From: Podarcis tiliguerta
Taxonomy: Eukaryota
NCBI GenBank assembly: GCA_965153285.1
Contig: OZ229119.1
Length of the DNA stretch: 64,000 nt
Direction: 5' to 3' (one strand)
The notes beneath the pieces were generated by a model. It was not told the DNA's origin. It worked only from the letters and a program-made list of their open reading frames with translations, and did no database searches. Position 1 is the first letter of the stretch; each line of letters begins with the position of its first letter. This document shows, one piece after another, positions 63,037 to 64,000 of this stretch. Both the position numbers and the translations under genes were made by a program.

Positions 63037-64000
63037 GTCCTCTAGATGTCATTGGATCCCAATAACTGTCAGCCTCAGCCAGCATGGCCAATGGTCAGGA
63101 ACAATGGGTGTTGTAATCCAACAACATCTGGAGAACACCTATGCCCTAGCATGTTCCCTGCACCTCTTTTCAAGTGTGGATTCTTTAAAACACACCCCCC
63201 AATGTGAATTTGGTGAATCTGAAATTTGCTTGCAAGCTTAGACTTACCATTATGCAGAGTGTGGCAGCTACCTCAGGGCTCAGTTGCTAGAGAGCTGGGG
63301 AAAAGTGGGGAGGATGTACACCTCCAAGCCGCTGATGAGGAACTTTTCAGCCTGAAGGCCTACATAGGCTCACCAGACAAATTTGGGCAATCACACCCTC
63401 CCTTCCTGGGGCTGAGGTGAGCCTAACATTAGGTATAGGAAAGATCAAGTTGCAGATTGAAGCTTGAAGCCACAGCAGCTGCAAAGGAGGAAGAATTGGG
63501 AGCGCGTTCTTAAGTGTTGCCCTGCACAGTGAAAGACAAAAAGGTTCAAATTCTAAACCTGCCATGTTTTGGCTGCAAACAAAAGCTATGCACCCCCTTC
63601 TTTCTTTGCTTCCCTGGCATGAATTCAAGCTAGGAATCTTCCTTTGTAGTATTGGCTTGAACTTTCAAAACCTGATCTTGTATGCTATCAAGTGGGTGGG
63701 TGACCCTGAGCTTCTGTCAAAGTGGCATGTGGATACGACCCTTTGGCTCAATCCAGTTTCACACCTCTGCCCTAAGCTAACCTGCTGCCCTCAAATGCAG
63801 TGGAGGTTGTTTCATTGCTAGTGTTGAATTGAGATTTAGTTGCCTGCCCAGTCAGCTTTTGTTTGTGGAATGGGGTCACCACCATGCCCTTTTCCTCAGG
63901 CCAAGCCTGTTTGCTTTCCATACACGCTTACATTTTAAGCAACTAAGTAATGGGTGATTTGATAATGTGCAGAGAACTCCTCTAACTTCTTATCAGTAAA

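Noticed and set aside
1-64000. Remaining 60-160 aa ORFs in the track
   Set aside because: Low complexity, many non-ATG starts, overlap with repeats and no recognisable domains; consistent with chance in six frames.

Overview
Non-coding, repeat-rich vertebrate DNA. It is almost certainly from a squamate, and the SINE/LINE families resemble those of lacertid lizards. It reads as a large intron or gene desert, and no intact protein-coding gene is supported. The window holds 5'-truncated LINEs (L2, CR1, RTE-BovB and a second, internally deleted RTE), tRNA-derived SINEs, many non-autonomous DNA transposons (hAT, Tigger-like and Tc2-like, several nested with readable TSDs), at least two solo LTRs and microsatellites. 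Between these lie unique AT-rich blocks carrying PBX/MEIS/HOX/RFX motifs that look like developmental enhancers. The standout structure is a young Tc2-like MITE (60725-61907, perfect 27-bp TIRs, TA TSD) containing 9.3 near-identical 99-bp units, each made of two long palindromes (72% GC, 12 CpG per unit): in effect a mobile CpG island or satellite seed. Also notable: a locally duplicated unique module with RFX X-boxes (47.4 and 48.4 kb), a CCAAT palindrome shared by MITEs of two superfamilies, and two small candidate + strand exons. Family names come from motif recognition, not database searches.
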